Assembly: GCA_902588835.1 (NCBI GenBank)
Contig: CACIQQ010000005.1
Span: 8,708 to 72,707, forward strand
Length of the DNA: 64,000 bases
Source: an uncultured Pelagibacteraceae bacterium
Lineage (GTDB): Bacteria > Pseudomonadota > Alphaproteobacteria > Pelagibacterales > Pelagibacteraceae
Reading direction: 5' to 3'
The notes beneath the pieces are model-generated. The model was not told where the DNA came from. It ran no database searches and saw only the letters and a list, made by a program, of their open reading frames with translations. The position numbers were made by a program, and so were the translations under genes. This document shows, one piece after another, positions 44,980 to 57,244 of the stretch. The stretch's first letter is position 1. Every line of letters starts with the position of its first letter.

Positions 44980-45231
44980 ATGAAACAAAAAAATTTACCA
45001 GATGATATTGAGTCTAAATCTTTAGATGAACTTAAAGAAATTCTTAATAATTTAGTTGAAAAAATTGAAAAAAATAAAGTTTCAAATCAATCTGAAGAGG
45101 ATTATCTTGAAATATTTAAATTAAATAAATTTATTGAAAAAAAATTTCAAAATACTTCAAGAGAAATATCTGAGAAAAACAAATTAAAAATAAAACAAAT
45201 TCTAAAAAAAGATGGAAAAAAAACTAAATAA
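44980..45231 (+). CDS. Divergent exodeoxyribonuclease VII small subunit-like protein
   Basis: Two-helix 83-aa protein in the canonical xseB position before ispA-dxs; only a weak motif match. Confidence 0.55.
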   Translation: MKQKNLPDDIESKSLDELKEILNNLVEKIEKNKVSNQSEEDYLEIFKLNKFIEKKFQNTSREISEKNKLKIKQILKKDGKKTK

Positions 45232-46075
45232 AACAGGAAAAGATATAAATAAATTTCTCAAGAATTTTTTAAAAAAACAGAGAAGAACTGAATTAATTAC
45301 TTCAATGAATTATGGTTTATTTCCTGGTGGAAAAAAAATAAGATCAAAGATTATTGTTGATGTTGGAAAAATTTTTTCAGTTCCTTATTATCATTTAGTA
45401 AGAGTAGGAGCTGCAGTGGAATGTATTCATGCATATTCACTTATACACGATGATTTGCCATGTATGGATAACGATGATTTAAGAAGAGGAAAGTTAAGCA
45501 CGCACAAAAAATTTGGTGAAGCAACAGCAGTGCTCGCTGGTAATTCACTGCTTACCTTAGCCTTTGAAATTTTAAGCGAAAAAAGTTTCAAGATTAGTGA
45601 AAATAAAAAAAGTAAATTAATAAATTTACTTTCAAACACTTCAGGCCATTTAGGAATTGCAGGGGGCCAATATTTAGATCTTAATTTTGAAAAAAAAAGA
45701 GTAAGTAAAAGAAAAATTATAGATATGCAGCTTAATAAAACTGGTAAACTTTTTTCATTTTCCACTATAGCGCCTTTGATTATTGCCAATAAGTTTGGGA
45801 AGATAAATCAATTTAAAAAAATAGGTTTAGATATTGGACTTTTGTTTCAAATTATTGATGATTTTCTAGATTACAGTGGAAGTGAGAAAAAGATTGGAAA
45901 AAAAACTGGAAAAGACAAAAAAAAGGGCAAGGCGACTTTAATAAGTTTACTCGGGTATAAAAATGCTGTTAAATATTCTTCTTATTTAAAAAATAGAATA
46001 ATTTCTTCTTTAAGTAAGTATAAAAGTAAAGATTTGATTGAAACTGTAGAGTTTGTGGTAAATAGAAAAAAATGA
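45212..46075 (+). CDS. ispA: Farnesyl diphosphate synthase
   Basis: [30 protein letters not shown] and GKD. Confidence 0.93.
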   Translation: MEKKLNKTGKDINKFLKNFLKKQRRTELITSMNYGLFPGGKKIRSKIIVDVGKIFSVPYYHLVRVGAAVECIHAYSLIHDDLPCMDNDDLRRGKLSTHKKFGEATAVLAGNSLLTLAFEILSEKSFKISENKKSKLINLLSNTSGHLGIAGGQYLDLNFEKKRVSKRKIIDMQLNKTGKLFSFSTIAPLIIANKFGKINQFKKIGLDIGLLFQIIDDFLDYSGSEKKIGKKTGKDKKKGKATLISLLGYKNAVKYSSYLKNRIISSLSKYKSKDLIETVEFVVNRKK

Positions 46076-47979
46076 CAAAATATAAATTTTTAGATAATGT
46101 AAATTTTCCATCAGATATTAAAAATTTTAAGTCCTCTGAATTAATTACTTTGTCAAAGGAGTTAAGAGAGGAATTGATAGAGGCTGTTTCATTTACAGGT
46201 GGTCATTTAGGTGCAGGTTTAGGAGTTGTTGAGTTGACGGTAGCCTTACACCATGTTTTTGATACACCAAATGATAAAATAGTCTGGGATGTAGGTCATC
46301 AATCGTATCCACACAAAATTTTAACAGGACGTAAAAATAGGATTAAAACATTAAGACAAGGAAATGGATTATCTGGTTTCACAAAAAGATCCGAAAGTGA
46401 ATATGACCCATTTGGTGCAGCACATAGCTCAACATCAATTTCTGCAGCTTTAGGTATTGCTACTGCAAACAAACTTTCAAAAAAATCAGAAAATGTTGTT
46501 GCTGTAATTGGTGATGGAGCGATCAGTGCTGGAATGGCCTATGAGGCAATGAACAATGCAGGTACATCGAAAACTAAGATGATAGTAATTTTAAATGATA
46601 ATGATATGTCAATTGCAGAACCTGTAGGAGCAATGAGAAGTTATTTAGCAAAATTATTAACTGGAAAAATATATTTTAGTTTAAGAGAAACATTTAAATT
46701 AATCATTTCTGCTTTTTCAAAAAGGTTTTCAAAAAAGGCGGGAAAAGCAGAGGATTTTTTGAGGTCAGCAGTAACTGGTGGAACACTTTTTAATTCATTA
46801 GGTTTTTACTATGTTGGACCAATAGATGGACATGACATAGATACACTTGTATCAGTTTTAAAAAATGCAAAAGATACTAATTTTGAAGGTCCAATAATGA
46901 TACATATTAAGACCGAAAAAGGGAAAGGTTATCAATTTGCAGAAAACTCAAAAGATAAATACCACGGTGTTTCAAAATTTAATATACAAACTGGAGTACA
47001 AGAGAAATCAAGTTCTAAAATCCCGTCATATACTAGTGTTTTTGCAAACACATTAATTAAACATGCTGAAAGAGATAGCAAAATAATTGGTATCACTGCT
47101 GCAATGCCATCTGGCACTGGAATGGATTTATTTGCAAAAAAATTTCCAAACAGAATGTTTGATGTTGGTATTGCAGAGCAACACGCAGTGACATTTTCTG
47201 CTGGTTTAGCTACAGAAGGATATAAGCCTTACGCAGCAATTTACTCTACCTTTTTACAAAGAGCTTATGATCAAGTAGTACATGATGTTGCAATTCAAAG
47301 TTTACCTGTCAGATTTGCTATAGATCGTGCAGGTCTTGTTGGTGCAGATGGTCCTACACATGCTGGATCTTTTGATATAACTTACCTATCAACTTTACCT
47401 AATTTTGTTGTCATGGCACCAAGCGACGAGTCGGAATTAGTGAAAATGATCAACACCTCAGTTGACATAAATGACAAACCTTCAGCTTTTAGATACCCTC
47501 GTGGAAGTGGTATTGGTATTAAACTTCCTGAAATTAGTGAAAAAATTGAAATTGGTAAAGGCAGGGTTATTAAAGAAGGTAAAGAGATTGCTTTAATTAA
47601 TTTTGGTGCTCGTTTGCAAGAATGTCAAAAAGCGTTAAACAATCTAGAAAAAAAAGGTTTAAATCTTACTTTAATTGATGCAAGATTTTGTAAACCTCTA
47701 GATGAAAATTTAATGTGGAATACAGCAAAAAATCATGAAATTATTATTTCAATTGAAGAGGGATCAATTGGAGGGTTTGGATCTCATTTAAGTAAATTTT
47801 TATCAGAAAAAGGCTTATTAGAAAAAATTAAGTTTAGGTCGATGACTTTTCCTGACAACTTTATTGATCAAGATAAACCTGATCTTATGTATCAGATTGC
47901 TGGCTTGAATAGCAAGGCTATTGAGGAAAAAGTTTATGAAGTTTTAGACTCTAAAGTTGTTGTTCAGAAAAAAAATTAA
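46072..47979 (+). CDS. dxs: 1-deoxy-D-xylulose-5-phosphate synthase
   Basis: [27 protein letters not shown] and DGPTH. Confidence 0.97.
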   Translation: MTKYKFLDNVNFPSDIKNFKSSELITLSKELREELIEAVSFTGGHLGAGLGVVELTVALHHVFDTPNDKIVWDVGHQSYPHKILTGRKNRIKTLRQGNGLSGFTKRSESEYDPFGAAHSSTSISAALGIATANKLSKKSENVVAVIGDGAISAGMAYEAMNNAGTSKTKMIVILNDNDMSIAEPVGAMRSYLAKLLTGKIYFSLRETFKLIISAFSKRFSKKAGKAEDFLRSAVTGGTLFNSLGFYYVGPIDGHDIDTLVSVLKNAKDTNFEGPIMIHIKTEKGKGYQFAENSKDKYHGVSKFNIQTGVQEKSSSKIPSYTSVFANTLIKHAERDSKIIGITAAMPSGTGMDLFAKKFPNRMFDVGIAEQHAVTFSAGLATEGYKPYAAIYSTFLQRAYDQVVHDVAIQSLPVRFAIDRAGLVGADGPTHAGSFDITYLSTLPNFVVMAPSDESELVKMINTSVDINDKPSAFRYPRGSGIGIKLPEISEKIEIGKGRVIKEGKEIALINFGARLQECQKALNNLEKKGLNLTLIDARFCKPLDENLMWNTAKNHEIIISIEEGSIGGFGSHLSKFLSEKGLLEKIKFRSMTFPDNFIDQDKPDLMYQIAGLNSKAIEEKVYEVLDSKVVVQKKN

Positions 47980-49061
47980 GATTCACACTGGGCTTTGTGC
48001 ATCAAAAAATGATCCAATAAAACACAATGCATCATCGCTTCACCTATGGGGACTGCTCTAATTCCAACACAAGGATCATGACGACCCCGGACTGAAATAT
48101 TTGTATTTTTTCCAAATTTATCAATAGTTTTTCTTGAATTAAGTATGGAAGATGTAGGTTTCACTGCAAAAGATACTTTTATTTGTTGACCACTTGAAAT
48201 GCCACCAAGAATTCCTCCCGCATTGTTAGATTTGAAAACCGTTTTATTCCCTTTTTGTCTTATCTCATCAGAATTCTGTTCACCTGTTAATTGCGCAACA
48301 TCCATTCCAGTTCCAATATTGACTCCCTTTACAGCATTGATACTCATCATAGCTGAAGCTAAATCCATATCTAATTTTGAGTAAATAGGCGCGCCTAGGC
48401 CAGATGGCACTCCGTTAGCTCTTAATTCTATGACTGCACCACAAGATGAACCAGACTTTCTAATTGCTAATAAATATTTTTCCCACAATTTTAAAACTTT
48501 TTTATCAGGACAGAAAAATGGATTTTTTTCTATAAATTTATTGTTCCATGCAGATATATCACAACCCAAAATTCCAAGTTGGACAACTGCACCTTTAACG
48601 TAATATTTTTTCCCAATTTTTTTTTCTAAAACTTTTTTTGCAATTGCACCCGCAGCTACTCTAGCTGCAGTCTCTCTCGCTGATTGCCTACCACCTCCTC
48701 TGAAGTCTCTTATGCCATATTTTTTAAAATAAGTTAGATCAGCGTGTCCAGGACGAAATTTATTTTTGATAGTCTCATAGTCTCTTGATTTCATATCCTT
48801 ATTGTAAATAATCATTAATATTGGTGTACCAGTTGTCTCACCATTGAATACTCCTGACAAGATTTCAACTTTATCATCTTCTTTTCTTTGAGTAGTAAAT
48901 TTAGATTGACCAGGTTTTCTCTTATTTAGTTCTTTTTGTATGTCTTTTTCAGATATTTTTATTCTCGGAGGACATCCATCAACTACACATCCAATAGCTG
49001 GTCCATGAGATTCACCCCAAGTAGTGAAACGAAATAACTTTCCAAATGTATTAAATGACAT
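47976..49061 (-). CDS. aroC: Chorismate synthase
   Basis: [21 protein letters not shown] and GRHDPCV. Confidence 0.97.
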   Translation of the reverse strand: MSFNTFGKLFRFTTWGESHGPAIGCVVDGCPPRIKISEKDIQKELNKRKPGQSKFTTQRKEDDKVEILSGVFNGETTGTPILMIIYNKDMKSRDYETIKNKFRPGHADLTYFKKYGIRDFRGGGRQSARETAARVAAGAIAKKVLEKKIGKKYYVKGAVVQLGILGCDISAWNNKFIEKNPFFCPDKKVLKLWEKYLLAIRKSGSSCGAVIELRANGVPSGLGAPIYSKLDMDLASAMMSINAVKGVNIGTGMDVAQLTGEQNSDEIRQKGNKTVFKSNNAGGILGGISSGQQIKVSFAVKPTSSILNSRKTIDKFGKNTNISVRGRHDPCVGIRAVPIGEAMMHCVLLDHFLMHKAQCES

Positions 49062-49093
49062 TATTCTATTATATAAATTATTTTGTTAAAATT

Positions 49094-49720
49094 ATGAATG
49101 AAAAAAATTCACTTGGACTAGATATTTGTTTTCAAGATGAGGATAACCCAGTAAATCTCTTCAAAGAATGGTTTAAAAGGGCTGAAACCACCGAACCTAA
49201 CGATCCAAATGCATTATCTTTAGCAACAGCTGACAAAAGCGGGAGACCTAAAGTGAGAATGGTTCTATTAAAAGGCTTTAGTGATGATGGTTTTACTTTT
49301 TATACAAACTTCAATAGTTCTAAAGGCAAGGATCTTAAAGAAAATCCTAAAGCATCAATGTGTTTTCATTGGAAAAGTCTTTTAAGACAAATAAGGATTT
49401 ACGGTAATGTTGTTCAAGTTTCTGACAAAGAAGCTGATGAATATTATAATTCAAGAGCATATGGGAGTAGAATAGGAGCGTGGGCCTCAAATCAAAGTGA
49501 AGTTTTAGAAAGTAGAAAGTCACTTGATGACTCAATTGAAAAATTCAAAAAAAAGTTTCATGATGAGAAAAAAGTTCCAAGACCACCTAATTGGTCTGGA
49601 TGGAGATTGGTACCTGAAGAAATTGAGTTTTGGCGTGATGGAGATAATAGAATTCATGAAAGATTGAAATACGTTAAGAACAATGGAAAAGGCTGGAAAA
49701 GATTTTTATTAAATCCTTAA
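49094..49720 (+). CDS. pdxH: Pyridoxamine 5'-phosphate oxidase
   Basis: RMVLLKG, FYTN, ASNQS, W-x-G and EFW...RIHER. Start re-called to the ATG at 49094. Confidence 0.95.
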   Translation: MNEKNSLGLDICFQDEDNPVNLFKEWFKRAETTEPNDPNALSLATADKSGRPKVRMVLLKGFSDDGFTFYTNFNSSKGKDLKENPKASMCFHWKSLLRQIRIYGNVVQVSDKEADEYYNSRAYGSRIGAWASNQSEVLESRKSLDDSIEKFKKKFHDEKKVPRPPNWSGWRLVPEEIEFWRDGDNRIHERLKYVKNNGKGWKRFLLNP

Positions 49721-50730
49721 AAAGATCTTTCAATACTAAAAGATGTCAAATTTTTCAGAATATTTTTTTGCTCAGAACTTTCAAAGACATTTAAAGAGCT
49801 AGATGCTAAAGAGATAAAATGATCAGCTTTTTTGTAACATTGTTTAATAATGTCATATTTTTTTATGATATCTAATGTGTACTTAAGGTCGTTTTCAGTT
49901 CTTTCTCTTTTGGAAAAAAATTCTTTAAGCATGTCTCTCTCACCACTTTTACATTGCTGATTTAAAATAATTACAGGCAAAGTGATTTTACCCTCATAAA
50001 AATCTTTTCCAATTGTTTTTCCAAATTTTTTTAGATCAGAATTATAATCTAATGTATCATCGGCTATCTGAAAAGTTACTCCAAGATTTTTTCCATAAGA
50101 AGATAATGCTTCTTTTACCTTTTCATCTTTATTACCTAATATCGCTCCAACCTTGCACGCAGCAGAAAATAGCGCTGCAGTTTTGGAGGTGATAATCTTT
50201 AAGTAGGTCTCTTCGACTGTATCAATTTCTGATTTGTGTTGAAGTTGTAAAACTTCACCTTGAGCTATTTTTGCAGAAGTCGTTGATAATAACTTTAAAA
50301 CCTCCAAATTTCCGTCTTCTACCATCATTTCAAAACATCTACTTAGAAGATAATCGCCAACTAAGATTGATGCGTGATTTCCCCAAATGGAATTTATTGT
50401 TTTTTTTCCTCTTCTTATCTCACCATTATCGAGAACATCGTCGTGCATCAATGTTGCAGCGTGAATTAATTCTACACATGCAGCTAAGTTTATATCTCGA
50501 CCACCTTTTAAGTACCCACATAGTTTTGAACTACTTAAAGTCAACATAGCTCTTAATTTTTTTCCACCAGTTTCTAAATTATAACTTGTCATCTTTTCTA
50601 CTAAAGACACATCACTTATAAGTTTATTCTTTATCTTTTCTTCTACTAAAATAATTTTATCATCGACTGAATTTTTTAAATCCAGGTAAGCGTTATTAAC
50701 TTTATTTTTTAATTGAATTACTGAACCCAT
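49717..50730 (-). CDS. ispB: Long-chain (octa/deca)prenyl diphosphate synthase
   Basis: GGKKLR, ATLMHDDV...RRG, GEVLQL, KTAALF and FQIADD. Confidence 0.9.
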   Translation of the reverse strand: MGSVIQLKNKVNNAYLDLKNSVDDKIILVEEKIKNKLISDVSLVEKMTSYNLETGGKKLRAMLTLSSSKLCGYLKGGRDINLAACVELIHAATLMHDDVLDNGEIRRGKKTINSIWGNHASILVGDYLLSRCFEMMVEDGNLEVLKLLSTTSAKIAQGEVLQLQHKSEIDTVEETYLKIITSKTAALFSAACKVGAILGNKDEKVKEALSSYGKNLGVTFQIADDTLDYNSDLKKFGKTIGKDFYEGKITLPVIILNQQCKSGERDMLKEFFSKRERTENDLKYTLDIIKKYDIIKQCYKKADHFISLASSSLNVFESSEQKNILKNLTSFSIERSF

Positions 50731-50841
50731 TGACAAGAAACTAATATAATTGGAGATATTTTATACTTATCAATTGACGCACCTAAAACTTCAACTATTA
50801 GTAGACTTTATATTAATCTAAAAATTCTGTAAGCATACTTC

Positions 50842-51648
50842 ATGTTATCTTTTTTCAAAAAAAAAAAAATCGTTCCCCACATAAGATTAACTGGTGTTAT
50901 TGGAAACGCTGGAAGATTTAAGCAAGGAATTGATTTTGCTGGCCAAGAGGAATTAATAAAAAAAGCATTTTCTATAAAAAAATCTCTAGCAGTTGCTATA
51001 TCGATTAATTCTCCAGGTGGTTCACCAGTCCAATCTCACTTAATATACGACTTCATTAGAGCTCAGGCCAAAAAAAATAAAAAAAAGGTAATTGTTTTCG
51101 CAGAAGATGTTGCTGCTTCAGGAGGTTACTTGATTGCATGTGCTGGAGACGAGATTTACGCTAATTCAAGTTCAATTGTTGGTTCAATTGGTGTTATTTA
51201 TGCTTCTTTTGGTTTCAAGGATCTTATTCAAAAGGTAGGTGTAGAAAGAAGAGTTTATACTGCAGGAAAAAACAAAAGTACTTTAGATCCTTTTGTGGAT
51301 GCGAAAGAGGAAGATATAAATAGATTAAAAAATATTCAACTTGATTTGCACAAAGATTTTATAAACGTAGTGGAGACAAGCAGGGGTGCAAAACTTAAAA
51401 AAGACAAAGGAATAGAATTATTTTCTGGAGAGTTTTGGTCCGGGTCTAAATCAAAAGAACTTGGCTTAATTGACGGTATAGGAAATGCAAATCAAATTTT
51501 AAAAGATAAGTTTGGTGACGATGTTATTGTTAAAAAGTTTGAAAAAAGCAAAGGATGGTTGGCAAAAAGAATTTCATCAGAGAATCAAATCGATAAGATA
51601 GCAAACGTAATTGAAGAAAGATCTATCTGGCAAAGATATGGCCTCTAA
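50842..51648 (+). CDS. S49 family peptidase (SppA/SohB-like)
   Basis: [15 protein letters not shown] and VGSIGV. Confidence 0.93.
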   Translation: MLSFFKKKKIVPHIRLTGVIGNAGRFKQGIDFAGQEELIKKAFSIKKSLAVAISINSPGGSPVQSHLIYDFIRAQAKKNKKKVIVFAEDVAASGGYLIACAGDEIYANSSSIVGSIGVIYASFGFKDLIQKVGVERRVYTAGKNKSTLDPFVDAKEEDINRLKNIQLDLHKDFINVVETSRGAKLKKDKGIELFSGEFWSGSKSKELGLIDGIGNANQILKDKFGDDVIVKKFEKSKGWLAKRISSENQIDKIANVIEERSIWQRYGL

Positions 51649-52513
51649 AAAAAAAAATTTAAAAATACAAACATTCCAGGATACAATTTTAAATCTGCAG
51701 AAATTTTGGGCAAAAAATGGTTGTGTAATTTTACAACCATATGACATAGAAGTTGGTGCAGGCACATTTCACCCCGCAACCACCTTAAGATCTTTAGGAC
51801 CCAAACCATGGAGATCAGCTTATGTACAACCTTCGAGAAGACCAACTGATGGAAGATATGGAGAAAATCCAAATAGACTTCAACATTATTATCAGTTCCA
51901 AGTGATTATAAAACCGTCTCCAAAAAATATTAAAAAATTATATCTAAGCAGTCTTAATGCCGTTGGAATAAAACATAATGACCATGATATTAGATTTGTT
52001 GAAGACGATTGGGAAAGTCCAACACTGGGTGCAGCAGGGTTAGGTTGGGAAGTTTGGTGCGATGGAATGGAAATTACTCAATTTACTTATTTTCAAAAAA
52101 TGGCTGGGATAGATTGCAAACCTATTTCTGTGGAGCTTACTTATGGTTTAGAACGATTATGTATGTTTACCCAAAAGAAAAAAAATGTATTTGACTTAGT
52201 ATGGAATGATGAAGGTATCCTTTATAAAGATGTTTTTTTACAAGCTGAAAAAGAATTTTCATCTTACAATTTTGATTTTGCAAATGTTGAGAACTTATTT
52301 AAATTTTTTGATATGCTGGAACAAGAAACCAAATCTTTGTTAGAAAAAAAACTCTCACTTCCTGCTTATGATCAGTGTTTAAAAGCAAGTCATGTTTTTA
52401 ATATTCTAGATGCCAGAGGAGCGATTAGCGTAGCGCAAAGAGCAGAGTTTATTGCTAGAATTAGAGATTTGACCAAAGGTGTTGGTCAAGTTTGGGTAGA
52501 TAGCCAAAAATAA
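51638..52513 (+). CDS. glyQ: Glycine--tRNA ligase alpha subunit
   Basis: [26 protein letters not shown] and TYGLER. ATG at 51638 preferred as start. Confidence 0.97.
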   Translation: MASKKKNLKIQTFQDTILNLQKFWAKNGCVILQPYDIEVGAGTFHPATTLRSLGPKPWRSAYVQPSRRPTDGRYGENPNRLQHYYQFQVIIKPSPKNIKKLYLSSLNAVGIKHNDHDIRFVEDDWESPTLGAAGLGWEVWCDGMEITQFTYFQKMAGIDCKPISVELTYGLERLCMFTQKKKNVFDLVWNDEGILYKDVFLQAEKEFSSYNFDFANVENLFKFFDMLEQETKSLLEKKLSLPAYDQCLKASHVFNILDARGAISVAQRAEFIARIRDLTKGVGQVWVDSQK

Positions 52514-52514
52514 A

Positions 52515-54584
52515 ATGTCTGAATTTTTTTTAGAATTATTTAGCGAAGAAATTCCTGCAACTTTACAGAAAACAGCTAGAGAAAATCTACAAAAAAATTT
52601 TGAAGATTTTCTGAAAAAAGAGGAAATTAAATTTAAAGATAGTATTTCTGTTCTATCAACTCCAAATAGGTTAGTTGTTTACTGCGAAAACATTTCTCAA
52701 AAGATTATAAAACCAGAGGCCGAAATAAGAGGTCCGAGTGTAAATGCGCCTGAGCAAGCGCTAAATGGTTTTATAAAATCTAATAATATAACTAAAGAAG
52801 AAACCTTTATTAGAAAAACAGATAAAGGAGAGTTTTATTTTTTTAAAAAGTCCGCTCAAACAGTAGAGACGAAATCTATTTTGCAAAAAAATTTACCAAA
52901 AATTCTTGATGAAATCCCTTGGAAAAAATCAATGAGATGGGGTGATCATGATTTGTACTGGGGTAGACCATTAAAATCCATTCTTGCTTGTTTTGACAAT
53001 AAAGTTTTAGAATTTAGTTATCATCATTTAAATTCATCCAATTTTACCTATCTGGATAAAGACTTTGAGGAGAAAACAAGTAAATTTTCAAATTTTAAAA
53101 CTTACAAGGAATTTTTCAAGAGCAAAGGCATTATATTGGATCATAATAAAAGAGAGGAATTTATTGAAAATCAATTATTAAAAAAAACTAAATTAGACAG
53201 GTTGAAGTTAACCCCAAACAAAAAATTATTAACTGAAGTAACAAATATTGTTGAAAAACCCAATATAATTAAATGTACGTTTGACAAAAGATTTTTAAAG
53301 ATTCCTAAAGAAATATTAGTCACAACTATGGAAGTTCATCAAAAGTATTTCCCAACCTTTGATAATAAAGATAATTTAACGAATGTTTTCTTTGTTGTTG
53401 CAGACAATAGTGATACCAAAGGTTTAATTAGATTAGGAAATGAGCGAGTAGTTGAAGCTCGTTTAAATGATGCTCAATTTTTCTGGGATAAAAATAAAAC
53501 AAAAAATTTAGTCAAAGGAATATCAGATCTAAAAAATGTAAATTATTTTGAAGGATTAGGAACTTACTTTGATAAAACTCAAAGATTAAGAAAGCTTGGA
53601 TCGCTAATATCTGATGAACTTTTAATTAGTAAAGAAAAAGTTGAAGTGGCATCTTCTATTTGTAAAGTAGATTTAGTTTCTGACTTAGTGGGAGAGTTCC
53701 CTGAACTTCAAGGTGTAATGGGTGGCCACTTTGCTAAAGCTCAAGGATTCGATAACGAAACTTGTTTGGCCATTAGTGAACATTACTTACCAACAGGCCC
53801 AGAGACAAAGACACCAAAAAAACCTTACTCAGTCACTTTAGCTCTGAGTGATAAAATAGACACCTTAGTTGGTTTTTTTACAATAAATTTAAAACCATCC
53901 AGTTCAAAGGATCCATTCGCATTAAGAAGGTCAGCAATTGGTCTTATAAGACTAATAATAGAAAATAAATTAGAGATTAAGTTAAAAGATTTAATAAATT
54001 ATTCTTGTGTTTTGTTTGGAGAACAAGATATAGATTTTGATATTAAGACTGTCCAACAAGATCTGTTTAATTTTTTTTCTGAGAGGCTTAAATTTTATAT
54101 GAAAGAAAAAAAAATAAGACCAGATATTATAGAATGCTCAATAAATAGTTATAGCGCAGATCAAATTTACAAAATTTACAACAAGGCATTTATTTTAAAT
54201 AAATTGATCGATAAAAATATTGGTCAAGATATAATATTTTCTTACAAAAGAGCATCCAATATTCTATCAAACGAAATATCTAAAAATAACATTGAACTTG
54301 AAAATTCGACTGATCCAGGTCTATTCAAAAATGATTTTGAAAAAAAACTATACAAAAAAATACAAGAAATAAGAAAATATTTTACAAGCCTAGGTAGTCG
54401 TGAGGATTGTAAAAAAACTTTAGAGGTTTTAGCTGATGCAAAAACTGATGTTTCTAACTTCTTTGACAATGTAATAGTTAATGATGAAGATGAAGCAATC
54501 AAAAAAAATCGTTTGGAACTTGTGCAATTGTTATGTAAAACGTTCAATAATTATTTAAATTTTTCTAATATTGAAAGTGCATAA
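52515..54584 (+). CDS. glyS: Glycine--tRNA ligase beta subunit
   Basis: SEEIPA, KSMRWG, EFPELQG and SKDPFALRR. Confidence 0.96.
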   Translation: MSEFFLELFSEEIPATLQKTARENLQKNFEDFLKKEEIKFKDSISVLSTPNRLVVYCENISQKIIKPEAEIRGPSVNAPEQALNGFIKSNNITKEETFIRKTDKGEFYFFKKSAQTVETKSILQKNLPKILDEIPWKKSMRWGDHDLYWGRPLKSILACFDNKVLEFSYHHLNSSNFTYLDKDFEEKTSKFSNFKTYKEFFKSKGIILDHNKREEFIENQLLKKTKLDRLKLTPNKKLLTEVTNIVEKPNIIKCTFDKRFLKIPKEILVTTMEVHQKYFPTFDNKDNLTNVFFVVADNSDTKGLIRLGNERVVEARLNDAQFFWDKNKTKNLVKGISDLKNVNYFEGLGTYFDKTQRLRKLGSLISDELLISKEKVEVASSICKVDLVSDLVGEFPELQGVMGGHFAKAQGFDNETCLAISEHYLPTGPETKTPKKPYSVTLALSDKIDTLVGFFTINLKPSSSKDPFALRRSAIGLIRLIIENKLEIKLKDLINYSCVLFGEQDIDFDIKTVQQDLFNFFSERLKFYMKEKKIRPDIIECSINSYSADQIYKIYNKAFILNKLIDKNIGQDIIFSYKRASNILSNEISKNNIELENSTDPGLFKNDFEKKLYKKIQEIRKYFTSLGSREDCKKTLEVLADAKTDVSNFFDNVIVNDEDEAIKKNRLELVQLLCKTFNNYLNFSNIESA

Positions 54585-57244
54585 TGAGTAACTTAGTTTT
54601 TAACTTTAAATCTAAAAAAATAAAAAAGATTAAGAACCCAAAGTTCATTTTAGGTGGCAAAGGAGCAAATCTAGCTCAAATGGGAAAACTTGGTTTACCC
54701 GTGCCTCCTGGATTTACAATATCAACAGGGGTTTGTGAAATATTTTATAAAAACAATAAAAAACTAAATTCAAAACTTATTAAATCTATTAAGCAAGAAT
54801 TAAAACAAATCGAAAAAGAATGTGGAAAAAAATTTGGCGATTTGGAAAATCCATTATTAGTTTCAGTAAGGTCAGGTGCAAGAGTTTCAATGCCTGGAAT
54901 GATGGATACAATTTTAAATTTAGGTTTAAATGATGATACAGTTAAAGCTCTTGCAAAAAAAACATCTAATATGAGATTTGCAAAAGACAGCTATAGAAGA
55001 TTCATTCAAATGTATTCTAATGTGGTGCTCGGAGTAGAAAGCTATAACTTTGAGGAATTAATTGAAAATTATAAGTTAACAAAAGGTGTTTTGTTAGATA
55101 CTGATCTAGATGAAAATGACTGGGATGGTCTTATCAAAGACTTTAAAAACGTGGTTAAAGAAAAAACTAAAAAACAATTCCCACAAGATGTTTATGAACA
55201 ATTGTTTGGAGCTATTTCGGCAGTTTTTTTATCATGGGAAAGTAACAGAGCAAAAGTTTACAGAAAGTTAAATCAAATACCATCCGCATGGGGAACAGCC
55301 GTAAACGTTCAATCAATGGTTTTTGGAAATATGGGTAATGATTGTGCAACAGGCGTTGTTTTTACAAGAAACCCATCAAATGGAAAAAATGAAATTTATG
55401 GAGAGTATCTTATTAATGCTCAAGGGGAGGATGTTGTAGCTGGCACAAGAACACCAAATTACATAACAAAAAAAGCCAACAAAGATTCAAATTCAAAAGG
55501 TAAATCAATGGAAGAAGCTATGCCAAAAGTTTATGTTCAACTAAAAAAAATTCTTAAGCTTTTAGAAAAATTTTACAAGGATATGCAAGATGTAGAGTTC
55601 ACAGTCGAAAATTCTAAACTTTGGATGCTTCAAACAAGATCTGGAAAGAGGACTGCAAAATCTGCTGTTAAAATTGCTGTAGATATGGTTAAAGAAAAAC
55701 TGATAACAAAAAAAGAGGCAGTATTAAGAGTCGACCCTAACACTTTAGATACACTTCTCCATCCAACATTAGACGAAACTAAAGAAGTAAAAACTATTGC
55801 AAAAGGTTTGCCTGCGTCTCCGGGTGCAACAAGTGGAAAGGTTGTTTTTTCATCAGATGAAGCAGAAAGATTAAATGGTATGATGCAAGATACAATACTT
55901 GTGAGAGTAGAAACTTCACCAGAGGATATCCATGGTATGCATGCTGCAAAAGGTATTTTAACTGCTCGTGGAGGAATGACAAGTCATGCTGCTGTTGTCG
56001 CAAGAGGTATGGGAAGACCATGCGTTTCAGGTTCAAGTGAAATAGATATCAATTATGAGCAAAAAATATTTAGAACTTCTTCAAACGTAGAAGTAAAAGA
56101 GGGAGATGTGATTACAATTGATGGATCTACAGGAAGAGTTATTCTAGATAAAGTTCCAACGTTAAAGCCAGAGATTTCAGGTGATTTTTCAAAATTAATG
56201 AGTTGGGCTGATAGTTACAGAAAATTGAAGGTAAGAACAAACTCCGAGACTCCCCTTGATACAAAAACAGCAAGAGAATTTGGAGCCGAGGGGATTGGTC
56301 TTTGTAGAACTGAGCACATGTTTTTTGATGAAGATAGAATCTTGTCTGTGAGAGAAATGATTTTATCAAAAACAATAGAAGATAGAAATAAGGCTTTATC
56401 AAAACTATTACCCCATCAAAAAAATGATTTTATACAAATTTTTAAGATAATGAGTGGTCTTCCAGTAACAGTCAGATTACTTGATCCACCTTTACATGAA
56501 TTTTTACCAAAAAATGACAAAGAAATAGGAGACCTAAGCGCGGTTACAGGTTTAAATGCTAATGAAATAAAATCTAGAACAGAGGAGTTACATGAACATA
56601 ATCCAATGCTTGGACATCGAGGATGTAGATTAGGTATCTCTTTTCCAGAAATTTACGAAATGCAATGTAGAGCAATTTTTGAAGCCTTAGTTGAATGCAA
56701 AAAGAAAAAACTCAAATCTACGTTGCCAGAAATAATGATACCTCTTGTATCAACCGAGGCAGAAATCAAAATAATGAAAGATTTGGTTATAAGAGTTGCT
56801 AAAAAAGTTCAAGAAGAAAATAATGCTAAAATAAGTTTTTTGGTAGGAACCATGATCGAACTTCCAAGAGCAGCTATTAAAGCAAAAGATATTGCGAAAC
56901 ATGCTGAATTTTTTAGTTTCGGTACAAATGATTTAACTCAAACAACTTTTGGCATTAGCAGAGATGACAGTGGAAAATTTTTAAATGATTATATAGAAAA
57001 TAAGATATTTGATATTGATCCTTTTATTTCAATAGATGAGGGTGTAGGAGATTTAATTGAGATAGCTACATTAAAAGGCAGAAAGCAAAATAAAAAAATT
57101 AAACTTGGAATTTGTGGAGAACATGGTGGAGATCCTAAAAGTATAAATTTTTGTTCAAAAACAGGATTGAATTATGTCTCTTGCTCACCTTACAGAGTTC
57201 CAGTCGCGCGTTTAGCAGCTGCTCAGGCTGAGATTAAAAAATAG
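54584..57244 (+). CDS. ppdK: Pyruvate, phosphate dikinase
   Basis: LGGKGANL, SVRSGARVSMPGMMDT, GGMTSHAAVVARG and FGTNDLTQ. Confidence 0.98.
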   Translation: MSNLVFNFKSKKIKKIKNPKFILGGKGANLAQMGKLGLPVPPGFTISTGVCEIFYKNNKKLNSKLIKSIKQELKQIEKECGKKFGDLENPLLVSVRSGARVSMPGMMDTILNLGLNDDTVKALAKKTSNMRFAKDSYRRFIQMYSNVVLGVESYNFEELIENYKLTKGVLLDTDLDENDWDGLIKDFKNVVKEKTKKQFPQDVYEQLFGAISAVFLSWESNRAKVYRKLNQIPSAWGTAVNVQSMVFGNMGNDCATGVVFTRNPSNGKNEIYGEYLINAQGEDVVAGTRTPNYITKKANKDSNSKGKSMEEAMPKVYVQLKKILKLLEKFYKDMQDVEFTVENSKLWMLQTRSGKRTAKSAVKIAVDMVKEKLITKKEAVLRVDPNTLDTLLHPTLDETKEVKTIAKGLPASPGATSGKVVFSSDEAERLNGMMQDTILVRVETSPEDIHGMHAAKGILTARGGMTSHAAVVARGMGRPCVSGSSEIDINYEQKIFRTSSNVEVKEGDVITIDGSTGRVILDKVPTLKPEISGDFSKLMSWADSYRKLKVRTNSETPLDTKTAREFGAEGIGLCRTEHMFFDEDRILSVREMILSKTIEDRNKALSKLLPHQKNDFIQIFKIMSGLPVTVRLLDPPLHEFLPKNDKEIGDLSAVTGLNANEIKSRTEELHEHNPMLGHRGCRLGISFPEIYEMQCRAIFEALVECKKKKLKSTLPEIMIPLVSTEAEIKIMKDLVIRVAKKVQEENNAKISFLVGTMIELPRAAIKAKDIAKHAEFFSFGTNDLTQTTFGISRDDSGKFLNDYIENKIFDIDPFISIDEGVGDLIEIATLKGRKQNKKIKLGICGEHGGDPKSINFCSKTGLNYVSCSPYRVPVARLAAAQAEIKK

